The position numbers and the translations under genes are program-made. This document shows positions 1-9,707 of a stretch of DNA of 64,000 bases, one piece after another. The notes under the pieces are model-generated. The model was not told where the DNA came from. It searched no databases and was given only the letters and a program-made list of their open reading frames with translations. How positions within the stretch are numbered: position 1 is the stretch's first letter; each line of letters opens with the position of its first letter. The stretch is from Candidatus Bathyarchaeia archaeon (lineage in GTDB: Archaea; Thermoproteota; Bathyarchaeia; Bathyarchaeales; Bathycorpusculaceae): NCBI GenBank assembly GCA_049516875.1, contig JBEKSS010000003.1:160001-224000 (forward strand), in the 5' to 3' direction.

Positions 1-480
1 TGAAACGGTAGATTTACCGCTTCCGGGCAGGCCGGTAACCCAGACACACCAACCATTCTTCGCCACCAACACCATCCTGCGGAAGGGCTTTAACCCTATT
101 TCCCCCATGATTTCACTTAAATGTTCGTAGGCTTCAACCCTGAAAAGATGACCCTTGCAAGAGCAGTCTGACGAACCGAACCCCATTATGGGACTAGCTA
201 TTTCGGCCATCCTTTCAGCAACTCTGCACTCTTCAGGCCTTCCAGCTTCCTTGTAGAACACCTTGAGAACTTTTGCTTCACGATTGTTGAGCAGATAGTC
301 GATGTGCCAAAACTTTCGTTTCACTCTTCTGAGGTGCCGCTCCACTCTTTTCTCCAGGTTGTTCTGAGCCGAACCGACGTATGCATAAAGCCCTTCCTGA
401 AAACTCTTATCGCCCAAACCGCCAACGCGTACGCTTATGTTCTTGGCTATCGAAACCAGGAGGACATAGATTCCTTTCAT
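1..480 (-). CDS. DUF123/GIY-YIG (Uri) family protein fused in frame to an adenylylsulfate-kinase-like P-loop domain (runs off window edge)
   Basis: Manual translation: MKGIYVLLVSI...LYAYVGSAQNNLEKRVERHL...FWHIDYLL...GFGSSDCSCKGHLF continues without a stop into GWCVWVTGLPGSGKSTVS. Confidence 0.8.
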   Translation of the reverse strand, partial: MKGIYVLLVSIAKNISVRVGGLGDKSFQEGLYAYVGSAQNNLEKRVERHLRRVKRKFWHIDYLLNNREAKVLKVFYKEAGRPEECRVAERMAEIASPIMGFGSSDCSCKGHLFRVEAYEHLSEIMGEIGLKPFRRMVLVAKNGWCVWVTGLPGSGKSTVS

Positions 481-650
481 GCCTTTCTGTCAACGCTGCC
501 TTATGATTAACAACCTGATGGTGTTTTCGGCGAATAATCTTATTGTATTATGCTTTCTTCGTGGATGGGAGGATCGTTATGGAGTTTATGGAGGTCGTGG
601 CCGCAAGGAAGCGCGTCCGCTAGAAGCACATAAGCTACCGTGCAAACGAA

Positions 651-671
651 TTTAGGAACACGCATGTGCGC
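651..671. repeat. Degenerate solo terminal repeat of the GCGCGC-ended MITE family
   Basis: TTTAGGAACACGCATGTGCGC resembles MITE right end TTTTAGGAACAACCATGCGCGC at 51036-51057. Confidence 0.5.
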
Positions 672-817
672 TTCTATTTCTGCCTGAGTCTCTAAAACTT
701 TCGGCAAGCTCTAGGCTTGATGTTGCGAACAAGTTGTACGAAAATCCTTTCGAAACCTTCATAAATGCTGAAGGGTGTTCGAGAAACGCTGAAGAGCGCA
801 GGAAGAGAACAACAAGG

Positions 818-2050
818 ATGGAAAGACGTAGACTTGCAGTATTCGATGTTGAAGGTGTGCTAATTCCTAAAAGGCGCTATCTACTCTTTGAGGTAGGCAG
901 GAAACTTGGCTTTTCGCAGTTTGCAAGAATAGCTTTATATGGAGTATTCTACGAGCTGGGTCTGATCTCACTGAAATCCGCAATGAAGCATGTGTTCAAG
1001 TTTTTCGAAGGTTTCCCGGCCGATGAGCTTCTTCAGATTTTTAGGCAGATTCCATTATTGCCTGGTGTAAAAGAGGTTTTTAGGAAACTGAGCAGCGCAG
1101 GCTGGAAGACCGCGTTGATAAGCTCTGGGTTGCCAACTTTTGTCGTTCGAGATTTGGCGTCAACGCTTGGCGCTGACTATGCTTTCGGTTTTGAGTTGGG
1201 AACGAAAGACGCTGTTGTGACAGGAGAGATATGGGGAGACACTATTGAGCATGAAGGAAAGCTTACGATTTTGAGGAGGATCTTGGAAACCGAGGGATTA
1301 ACCCCAGAAGACTGCGTTGTGGTTGTAGACGACCGAAATAACGCTCCAATAATGCTTCCAAAGATGCTGAAGATAGGCTACAACCCTGATTTTATGGTCC
1401 GTATGAAAGCGGATTATGTAGTGACTGGGGATCCAATCAAAATCCTTTCCATGATTGAAGGTCAACCGAAAAGCCGAAGTTTGCCAACTAAGAATGATGT
1501 CCTTCGAGAGATCATTCATGCGTCCGGCTTCGCAGTACCCGTTCTTTCGAGTCTGATGGGTGTCTACACCATTGCTTACCTCATCTTGTTCGTGACCGCC
1601 TTCTACGTTATCTCCGAGTTAACAATGATGGAGAAAAGGAGCTTGCCAGTAATCTCGTCAATAACTCGCCATGCCGCCACACCAGAAGAACTCTATGAAT
1701 TCCGCGCCGCACCCGTATTCTTTGCTTTCGGAATACTGCTCACTCTACTCCTTTTCCCACGTCCTGCAAGCAGCGCCGCCATTGTGATATTCGCGCTTGG
1801 AGACAGCACAGCTTCAATCTTCGGAAAAATGTTTGGAAAGAAAATACTCTTTTTTAACAAAGGAAAAACATTAGAGGGTTCACTCATTGGTTTCGCTTTT
1901 GCCTTCTCGGCGGCCGCATTCTTCGTGACCCCGTTGAGGGCAGCATCAGGGGCAGCTGTAGCCATGTTGATTGAAAGTCTGCCATTGCCAATAAACGACA
2001 ACCTGGCTGTCCCATTAGTCACAGGAGCTTTGCTGACTTTCATGCGTTAG
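818..2050 (+). CDS. HAD-family (SerB-like) phosphatase fused to a CTP-dependent polyprenol/diacylglycerol kinase-like membrane domain
   Basis: LAVFDVEG, LISSG and VDDRNN HAD motifs; C-terminal REIIH, ALGDSTASIFG, KGKTLEGS and DNLAVP motifs of the dolichol/phytol kinase family. Confidence 0.8.
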   Translation: MERRRLAVFDVEGVLIPKRRYLLFEVGRKLGFSQFARIALYGVFYELGLISLKSAMKHVFKFFEGFPADELLQIFRQIPLLPGVKEVFRKLSSAGWKTALISSGLPTFVVRDLASTLGADYAFGFELGTKDAVVTGEIWGDTIEHEGKLTILRRILETEGLTPEDCVVVVDDRNNAPIMLPKMLKIGYNPDFMVRMKADYVVTGDPIKILSMIEGQPKSRSLPTKNDVLREIIHASGFAVPVLSSLMGVYTIAYLILFVTAFYVISELTMMEKRSLPVISSITRHAATPEELYEFRAAPVFFAFGILLTLLLFPRPASSAAIVIFALGDSTASIFGKMFGKKILFFNKGKTLEGSLIGFAFAFSAAAFFVTPLRAASGAAVAMLIESLPLPINDNLAVPLVTGALLTFMR

Positions 2051-2141
2051 CGCGCGCGAAAAATAGAAAATTCCGAGAATATTCTGTCAGGGTTCGCCAT
2101 AGAAAAATAAAACAACGCGCGCTAGATATCTCCCGCGCGCG

Positions 2142-2761
2142 GTAAGGGTCTCCTGGCTTGATCAGCACAGGTTCCTTGCCGAAGATTCGCATACCCAGTT
2201 TTTGCTTAATAGCCTCCTTAATTAATTCCTGAAGATGCAATAGAAATTTCTCAAATCCTTCTTCGTCCTTCAACATGTACTCGTAGGCAGTTCTGTCGAT
2301 GAAATGGGTTTTGAGGACGTCAAGGAGCTCTTTTTCGTCACCATTATATTTCTCAAACAGTAATTCCTTCAAGTACACCGACGGCTCTTTTGCCTTGGCT
2401 ATTTTTTGATTTGTATTATTCGTCAACCATGTGATATTCAGTACCGAGTCCAATAGATATGGGGATTCTGAGGCAATGGCCCCTTTAGGGAATATGTGAT
2501 GTTTCTGATATGAAGCTGCATGCCCAACCTCCTTTTTCTCTGCAAAATCCCTTGCATGCTCGAGGAAAAATAAGGATAGAATTCCTTTGTAAATGGCGTG
2601 GTAGTGAGACTCCATCTTTGTTAGATCCAATAAATCTATCTGGCGTCTCTCTTGTTCCACGACGGTGGGAACCTGACTTTCATCATCAAACCACGACATC
2701 AGCTCTTTGTAATGTGCACTCATTGTGCTGTCAACCGCGCCGGAATAGGCGTTGGTAAAAA
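2142..2761 (-). pseudogene. Internal fragment of a GmrSD/DUF262-DUF1524-like (HNH) restriction gene
   Basis: VFTNAYSGAVDSTMSAHYKEL...QKHHIFPKG...LNITWLTNNTNQKI; both ends cut at (CG)n runs. Confidence 0.65.
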
Positions 2762-2762
2762 C

Positions 2763-2935
2763 GCGCGCATGTCTGTTTCGAAAATGGTCAAAAATGGTTT
2801 TAATTCCGTTTCGAATTCCCAGAGCCCTGATTGCTTAAAAGAAAATACGAGCATATAGGGAGTACAGAATTGCCCCCAAGCCCGAAGAGAAGAATAAAAA
2901 CCATTTTAGGCCAATTAAGGAACAACCATGCGCGC
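2763..2935. mobile_element. MITE-like element, copy 1 (173 bp, ~44-bp imperfect TIRs ending GCGCGC)
   Basis: GCGCGCATGTCTGTTTCGAAAATGGTCAAAAATGGTTTT ... AAAACCATTTTAGGCCAATTAAGGAACAACCATGCGCGC; homologous to 50884-51057. Confidence 0.75.
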
Positions 2936-3180
2936 CAAAAGAAGTTTAGAATAAGAGAGAAAGTAGGGGACGGCAATTTCCTGAGAAAATGACGAGTTAG
3001 TGTCGAGTTTGTTTGAAACAGGTTTTTCCATCATTTTAGGCTTAAACCACTTTCGCAGGTAAGGCGTGAATTCGGTCAGCAACAGGGCTTGGGGGTTTTT
3101 GTGCGCAGGCTGACGTTGAACAGGTACAACTATATAACGGGTCCTGCCAAGTAGTCACTAGTATTGGACCTTGATGTGAG

Positions 3181-3441
3181 TTGTCTGCGAGCATCTCTTA
3201 CGTTCTTGCTAGATTCGCCTTGTTCTTAGAGCCAATATCACCTCGTTTCATCTCTTTCCTGCTTCGAAGAAGACTCAGTGAATGGGAAAGAAAAGGGCTG
3301 ATTGCAGGGTCCAAGACAAAAACACGAAGAATCGGCAAGTTCCACTATAGAATTGAGGTTGATTTGGATTTGACACAGCAACAGGCCAACCGGATATTGG
3401 CGGTGACGCTGGCTCGAGTATTTAGAAGGTTGAGGAGGTGA
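3181..3441 (+). CDS. Small basic hypothetical protein
   Basis: 86-aa ORF with TATATAA upstream (~3131), coupled to the next ORF. Confidence 0.6.
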   Translation: MSASISYVLARFALFLEPISPRFISFLLRRRLSEWERKGLIAGSKTKTRRIGKFHYRIEVDLDLTQQQANRILAVTLARVFRRLRR

Positions 3442-3445
3442 TGTG

Positions 3446-3601
3446 ATGGTTGAAGAGAAGAAGGGACACGCAAAAATCACCCTCGAAATCGAGTTAAACG
3501 AGGCCTTGATGGAAATCATGAAAGAGGGCATGAAGAACATGCCTCAAATGGGCGGAATGATGCGAAGGATGATGCAAGGAAGAAACAAAGAGAGCGAATA
3601 G
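3446..3601 (+). CDS. 51-aa Met-rich small protein (not in ORF track)
   Basis: GGAGGTG SD at 3434-3440; MVEEKKGHAKITLEIELNEALMEIMKEGMKNMPQMGGMMRRMMQGRNKESE. Confidence 0.7.
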   Translation: MVEEKKGHAKITLEIELNEALMEIMKEGMKNMPQMGGMMRRMMQGRNKESE

Positions 3602-3805
3602 CGTCAGCAGCCCAGCACAACTTCACGCGCTGTTTTTGATGTCTGTTCAACAGTCGAGATGCCTCTGCTACCGCTGGGTATCGCTCAGCCGCCGCACGTG
3701 ATGCAGCAGAAAAGCTGTCGATAAGTCCCAAACGAGTAGTCCTTCTTGCCCGGTGCCTTTCAGAGGGGAAAATGCCGCTTTTTTTCCGGCGCCGAACGGG
3801 CCGCG

Positions 3806-4111
3806 TTACTGTTTTTCGGGCTCTCTCTTCTCTGTTTCCTTTGTCTCGTTCGCGCTTGTTATTTCTTCTATTGGTTTTGGTGGTGGTGTGGTGGCCATGG
3901 TCCAGCCTATCCACGCGCCTATTCCCATTACTGCGGTGAAGGCGATGAACACTGGTATCGCTATGACCCAGAATTGGGCGTTAGAGAGCCATTGAACTTG
4001 CACTCCGAACACCGAAAGCCATTGAGGATAGAAGAGTGTGACTAGGTAGAAGAGGGCTACTAGAACGCAGACAACAGTAATTGCCGCACCGAGTGCTTGG
4101 TCTCTGTTCAA
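3806..4111 (-). CDS. Conserved archaeal two-TM membrane protein (WIGWTMATTPPPKPIEE family), paralog of 12160-12558
   Basis: Two hydrophobic helices plus the conserved motif; GGAGGTG SD upstream. Confidence 0.85.
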   Translation of the reverse strand: MNRDQALGAAITVVCVLVALFYLVTLFYPQWLSVFGVQVQWLSNAQFWVIAIPVFIAFTAVMGIGAWIGWTMATTPPPKPIEEITSANETKETEKREPEKQ

Positions 4112-4218
4112 GAAAGTTTCACCTCCGTGACGTGTTTGGCGATGTGTATTTGTGTTGTTAATGTGAACAATAATGTTTATTAAGATTCACGATTCAGTTC
4201 TTGACTTGATGAAAGATT

Positions 4219-4662
4219 ATGGCAATGCAAAAGGCAACCATGGCATCAGTCGTCGTAATGGTGGTCATGGGCTTAATGGTGAGCGCCCTGGGTGCACTTG
4301 TTGCAACTCGCACGATTTCTAACAGCGGAAGCATTACAGCAGTAGGAGTAGGTGTATACTCAGACAATGCTTGCGCAACTGCGCTCTCCACTATCGGTTG
4401 GGCAACCCTGAACCCCGGCGATGTAAAAACGTACACGATGTACGTGAGGAACGAGGGCACTGTGCCAGTAACCTTGAACATGGCAGTACGTAACTGGAAT
4501 CCCGCATCCGCTTCGAGCTACATTACTTTGACTTGGAACAAAGAGAATTACGTGCTGCCAGCCGGCCAAGTCGTCCAAGCAGTGCTGACCCTCACGGTCT
4601 CATCAGGCGTCAGCGGAGTCACAACGTTCAGCTTCGACATAACCATAACAGGAACACAGTAG
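4219..4662 (+). CDS. Secreted/surface beta-rich protein
   Basis: N-terminal hydrophobic signal followed by a Thr/Ser/Val-rich beta-sandwich-like body. Confidence 0.8.
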   Translation: MAMQKATMASVVVMVVMGLMVSALGALVATRTISNSGSITAVGVGVYSDNACATALSTIGWATLNPGDVKTYTMYVRNEGTVPVTLNMAVRNWNPASASSYITLTWNKENYVLPAGQVVQAVLTLTVSSGVSGVTTFSFDITITGTQ

Positions 4663-4881
4663 TTCCATACGGGGCGCGCAACAGCAGTAATATCGGAAAC
4701 CAGAGATGGTGCTGAGAATCAAGAAGGGCAGCTTCTTTTTGTTTCTGTTAGTGATTCAACGACTGACGAGTACCGGCGCGTTGGTTCCTGTCGCGCGCGG
4801 TTGAAACGACTCGCGCGACCTCTATGTTGACGTTAGCATTCCATAAATGCGAGTGGCCACTTCCTCCTGCGGCGAGTTTCG

Positions 4882-4950
4882 TTACGCTGCAACTATTATC
4901 TCGTAAATGCGTATGGCGACTGTTGCCAAGAAGAGCAGGCCCGTTGCTAG
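4882..4950 (-). pseudogene. 3' fragment of a paralog of the 5573-5758 membrane protein
   Basis: LATGLLFLATVAIRIYEIIVAA* aligns with LTMGILFLTTVTIHIYTIIAST*; begins at CTAGCGCGCGCTAG. Confidence 0.65.
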
Positions 4951-5029
4951 CGCGCGCTAGGTTTAAGGTACAAACGAATTAGTTGAAGGACCGCCGAAAA
5001 TTTTAAATCGGCATCTACAATATGTACTT

Positions 5030-5290
5030 GTGGTGTTTTATTTGGTTAAAGTGAAGAAACATTCGGGAGCTACGCAGGATTTCGATAAGGCAAAACTTAA
5101 AGCTTCTGTTAAGAAAGCTGGAGCTAAAGAGGAACACGCAACAAAGGTTGCCGACAACGTTGCAAGTAAAGTGAAGGAAGGAACGGTGACTGTCGAGATA
5201 AGGCGATGGTGTATAACCGAACTTAGACCACTAGACCCCAAAGCTGCAAAAGCCTACGAGACATTTGAAAAACCAGCAAAGAAAAAGTAA
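5030..5290 (+). CDS. Stand-alone ATP-cone domain protein
   Basis: VKKHSGATQDFDKAKLKASVKKAG...EIRRWCITEL...AAKAY pattern typical of ATP cones; T-rich terminator follows. Confidence 0.8.
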   Translation: MVFYLVKVKKHSGATQDFDKAKLKASVKKAGAKEEHATKVADNVASKVKEGTVTVEIRRWCITELRPLDPKAAKAYETFEKPAKKK

Positions 5291-5447
5291 GTCTAGCCAA
5301 AAATCCAGATACTTCTCTTTTTTTAGAAAAGTCACTTCTGAAGGGTTAATTCTGTCTAATACAACAGTGCGCTAAACAGTATTTCTATTTAACAAAATTC
5401 ATAAACAAAGAACTATAATTATTTGTTCTTAGCGAGGTTTGAGCAAG

Positions 5448-5486
5448 ATGCCAAAGAGCAAGAAGAAAAAAGGAAAGAAGAAGTAG
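5448..5486 (+). CDS. Candidate 12-aa lysine-rich micropeptide MPKSKKKKGKKK
   Basis: GAGGT SD-like at 5434-5438, AT-rich promoter-like sequence upstream, stop followed directly by GCGCGCGC. Confidence 0.35.
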   Translation: MPKSKKKKGKKK

Positions 5487-5572
5487 GCGCGCGCTCCTGG
5501 GTTTGCGGCGGAAAAGCTGTCGACAAGTTCAGACTGGGCTATAAGCTGGAAAAAAGCAGCTCGGCTGATGCT

Positions 5573-5758
5573 TCACGTTGACGCTATTATCGTGTATATG
5601 TGTATGGTCACTGTTGTTAGGAAGAGTATTCCCATCGTGAGTGCTGCGGCTTTCAGTTTCCTCGAGTCTATCAGCAGCGTTGCGGGCCCGTCGTATGCTG
5701 ACACGAGCTGAGCGGTTATGAGGAGTATTATGGAGGTTGCTGCGAGCCAGAGGCTCAA
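5573..5758 (-). CDS. Small two-TM membrane protein (original start codon possibly mutated)
   Basis: Hydrophobic ORF; upstream in-frame QVPLDFWN preceded by GCG rather than ATG/GTG. Confidence 0.6.
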   Translation of the reverse strand: MSLWLAATSIILLITAQLVSAYDGPATLLIDSRKLKAAALTMGILFLTTVTIHIYTIIAST

Positions 5759-5788
5759 GTTCCAGAAGTCTAAAGGAACCTGCGCTGT

Positions 5789-6423
5789 CTAGTCCTCCAG
5801 CATTCCGTATTGGATGGTTGTCGTCTGGTCTGACGTGGTTTCTTCTTTTTGTATGACTATGGGTTTTCCAGTTGCTTTGGCTAGGACGCAGGCTAGTGCG
5901 CTGGACAGGGGGGAGCCTACTGTTTCATGTGCCCTTCTTAGCTTGGCTGTTTCTTCGCAGAGGTGTATGAATATGTGTTTGGCGATTCTGATGGTTGCGG
6001 TTGTGTCGTTTGCTTCTATGATTGTGTCTTTAGATATTTCGAACTTCTCGAAGAGTCGTGGGAGTTCCTTCTGGAGATATTTCAGGTCGGTTTCCGTGAA
6101 TGAAACGTTCCGTTCCTTCTCGAACAGCCTCGATAAAGCTAAGCCGGGCGGCGTGAGATAGATGCCGTCTGGCTTCTTGGAGTAGAGTTTCTCCATGTCC
6201 ACTTCTTCCCGTTTTGGCAGGCCAGCTTCAGCGTTTGAAGGAACAAACACTAGGCTGGACCTGTAGTCTTTCAGGAGCTTTGGAGGCAGATAGACGCCTT
6301 TCGCAGTCGAGCCCGAGCTTGTGAGTATTCTTTCGATGTCCGCGAAGCTTGAGATACCTGTTGCCGTCAGCAGGTCCAGTCTCACGCGTTTGGACGGGAC
6401 GAGATAGAGCAGGAGGGCCCCCC
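5789..6423 (-). pseudogene. 5'-truncated archaeal membrane-associated hypothetical protein
   Basis: Protein-like from WGALLLYL to GSPLSSALACVLAKATGKP; the N-terminal part of ORF 5789-6523 looks non-coding. Confidence 0.55.
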
Positions 6424-8043
6424 ACGGATAAGAAAAATTCAAGCAGCAGATGGTCTGACAACTAGCCTCTTTTCGCCTTCCTCCTTTCTCACTTAACCCT
6501 GAATAACCAAGGTAGAACAACATATTGAGGAATACTGTATTAAAAACTAATGGAACTTAGTTCTATAACATCAACACTGTAGGCTGTGCCGACTCTACGT
6601 ATCAAATGATTCACAGAGCCCGAGCAAACACGACCGTCAAGAAGCATTAACAACAACAGTTATCATCATCTGCCCAAAATGTCAGCATAAGATACAGAAA
6701 AAACACGCTAAACAGCATATCCCAGATGCTCCGATACTGCTGCAACGCTACAAGAAGAAAACAAGGAACTAAAAGGAAATTTGGACCGCCTCAAAACGAG
6801 ATACGACGAACTTGAACGTCAACATCAAGACGCCGTAGACATGAGACTCCGAGATCCCACGGTCAAGTCAAACAGTCAGGAGCCACCAGAGTGTAAGTTT
6901 TAAAGGCCTTATCAGCGCGTGCGAATACCCCAACAATCCTAAAACACAATATCTGGTCAAGGGCCCATGCTAACACTTCGAAAGCAAATTGAAAATCCCA
7001 GAACGCGCGTGCACCTACGATTTCCAAAATCAATATGCGCATTGTTCAATCACTGAGGAGAGCACCAGCTCCCTTTTTCTGTGTATGGAAAGCAGGCGCA
7101 AGATCGAACTTGTGCTTAGCGCGCTATGTGCTGCGAAGCTTCGTTTGTTCATCTGCTTTTCGCATGAAATCCATAATCATTGGTTGCATGGCTTCAGGAT
7201 ATCGTCTAATGCATGCATTCCCTTCAGATGGCTTCAAGAAACATTGTACTAGCTTCTTTTGCAGGATTTCCTGTTGAACCTGCCTTCTAACTTTCCAGCC
7301 AAGCTTAATGCTTTCGGCAGCTTTGACGTCAAGCAGTTTAACCCTTTTCTGTTTCTTCATACCCCAACATCCTGTGCCATCACAATTCTATATCGTAAAT
7401 CTCAATAAAGCACTTCTTTCAGCTTTCGATATGTATCAAAAACCGGAATATCAGAGTTGTCGGTTGCACAATGAAATGGACGGCGCGCGCGGTAGGCTGA
7501 TCCCTGATTGAGACTCAGTGCCTGTTCTTTCATATTCGACTTTCAGCGCGCTTCTTAACATGGTTACCGTGCTTATCAACGGTAAATACTACGGCTAAAC
7601 AAGCTTCTCATAACCCGAAGCGTCAAATTGACTATGCAAACCAATATTGCATACTCGCTCATGGGACAAAATGCAAGGCTGCTAACAGAATTGTGGAAAC
7701 GACGAAAAAGCAAAGCCGCGAATGAATTAATGTTGGTTCTCCGTTACGAGCTTCTGAGAATTGTGTGCGAAATGATTTGGGATCTAAATTTGCTCAAGAC
7801 GTCCATACTTGTAACCAAAACGCCATGGACTACACTCAAGTGTCTATCTCGCAAGCACGTTGGCCGCAAGCGCGCTAGCCACGCCTCCGTCAGCAATGTG
7901 AAAGAGAGAATGCTCGGAGCAGCCAAAGACATTAAAGAAAATTCGCTTCGGGCTTTGATCCAGTTCGTCGATCACCGCTAATGTCGTCTATACCTAAGCT
8001 CAAAATGAAGTGTTCGCAGTGCGACTGATGGAACAGCGCGCGC

Positions 8044-8290
8044 TCTTTCAACGAAAAAGCTAGAGAAGAATTCGGGCACCATTCTAGGTTTGCCCACGTT
8101 CTACCAGACTCCTGAGGAACTGATTCTGGCAAAGCTGCGCAGGACAAAGGCCACCGTTACTCGAGAAAGGGCTCTAAAGGACGAGGAAGACATGAAAGCA
8201 ATCTTAAGTTCACCAAAGTAAACGTCCTCAGAAAAAAAGAGTCAAGGAACAACACACTTTCAATACTCACAGACATACTCAAAGAAACAA
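8044..8290 (+). pseudogene. 3' fragment of a nucleotidyltransferase homologous to 33241-33795
   Basis: LSTKKLEKNSGTILGLPTFYQTPEELILAKLR...KDEEDMKAIL vs LSNKKFQKRTGTVAGVQTFFQTPEDLISAKLR...KDKEDVRAIL; starts right after GCGCGCGC. Confidence 0.8.
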
Positions 8291-8437
8291 AAGGCCAGCG
8301 CAAACAGACGTGTGCACGCTGGACGCACGTGGATGAGCGGCCGCTTAATCACGGTTGCAACATATTGGTTTCAGCCAAACCTTAAGGGGAGATGTATCCC
8401 GCAACTGCCTTCTTTTTTATGCAAAGCTTCTGAATCA

Positions 8438-9706
8438 TCACTGGAAGGTATGTGACTCCAAGATTTTGTCGATTCGTTCTACTCTTTCTTTCTCGTTGTT
8501 TCTCGTCGCGCTTGCTCTCCAGCTCCATAAGCACTTTCTTAAACGTTCTGTCTCATCTTTGTCCAACCTGCTTAACTCTATTGAATTGAAGAGGTTCTGA
8601 AATTCGATTGGTGTCCAAGTCTCGATTGCATCTACAACAAGCGTGTTCATGATCTTTGGGTCGTATCTTTGTAGCCTCTGAATAATGCCCAAAGCGTCAC
8701 TTTTTTCTTCGGTTGAAAGAGTAGAATACATTCTGTGGATTCTGTCCAGAAACAATTCTTTCATCTTTGCATTTACCACTTCGTCCCTTCTCCCTGACAC
8801 TATCGATAGAATGTCGAGACAACGCTTTCTCATTGTTTCACTGTTGCATTCATTTTCCAGAGCAGATAGTAAGGCTATGACGTTGCTTCGGATACTGTCA
8901 GGCATTCCGTCGTAGGGCAGGTAAGTAGTTTGATGCCGTATGGTTTCCAAGATTTTCTCCTTCGTGTCTCTTTCCTGAATATCTTTGAATATGGAGATGT
9001 TGGAAGAGAATCTCTTTACGTCGAACTGGGATTCATATCTGGTTTCCGGCAGCCAGACCATTTCTTGGCCTATCCTGGCGCCAAATCTTTTCAAGGTTTC
9101 AAGTACAGACTGCGATTTTCGGTGCGGAAGCAGTATTGATGCTATTCCCGTTCTTTTTCCACCCAACTCGTTAACGAGCCCCTTCATTTTGCTGGTGTAC
9201 ACCTTTCCTTTGAATGATCTTCTGGTTTCATATCCGTACAGTGCCCTCTTAACCTTCATTTTGTCTGACGAGCTAAGATTCGTCAATTCATAGTGGATCA
9301 ATACGTGTGGAGAGAACCCGAGCTTGTTGTCCAGCATTATGATGGGTCTTCCGAAGAGCAGGATGCCTTCTCTCAAGAGTTCTTCGATGAATTGACCATC
9401 AAGCTTGTCGAATCTTATGTTGGAGAAAACAAGCTGGATGTTCCTGTCAAATCTCTTCTCCAAGTCTAAAGCGATCTTGGACACTTTGCCTCTTTCGTCC
9501 AGTAGGTCTGGATCCTGTTCCGTGTCCAGAACTACCAGGAAGTCTATGTCGCTTCTTGCGTCTGCTTCTCCTTTAGCAACCGATCCAAACAGGAAGACGC
9601 CATATATGTTTGGCATGCTTGAGATTTGTTTCACAAATTCAAAAACAGCATCCTGAAACTGTTCCTGCAAACGGACCATCCTAATACAGTATTGCGGGGC
9701 GTCCAA
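8438..9706 (-). CDS. MNT (Pol-beta) nucleotidyltransferase with additional central and C-terminal domains
   Basis: LFGSVAKGEADARSDIDFLVV (GSx10DxD) motif; 422 aa. Confidence 0.85.
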   Translation of the reverse strand: MDAPQYCIRMVRLQEQFQDAVFEFVKQISSMPNIYGVFLFGSVAKGEADARSDIDFLVVLDTEQDPDLLDERGKVSKIALDLEKRFDRNIQLVFSNIRFDKLDGQFIEELLREGILLFGRPIIMLDNKLGFSPHVLIHYELTNLSSSDKMKVKRALYGYETRRSFKGKVYTSKMKGLVNELGGKRTGIASILLPHRKSQSVLETLKRFGARIGQEMVWLPETRYESQFDVKRFSSNISIFKDIQERDTKEKILETIRHQTTYLPYDGMPDSIRSNVIALLSALENECNSETMRKRCLDILSIVSGRRDEVVNAKMKELFLDRIHRMYSTLSTEEKSDALGIIQRLQRYDPKIMNTLVVDAIETWTPIEFQNLFNSIELSRLDKDETERLRKCLWSWRASATRNNEKERVERIDKILESHTFQ

Positions 9707-9707
9707 T

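Noticed and set aside
6530-8035. Short ORFs in both directions (including 7124-7360 and 7628-7981) and CxxC/coiled-coil scraps
   Set aside because: No recognisable family, with stops and frameshifts; probably decayed fragments that cannot be called reliably.
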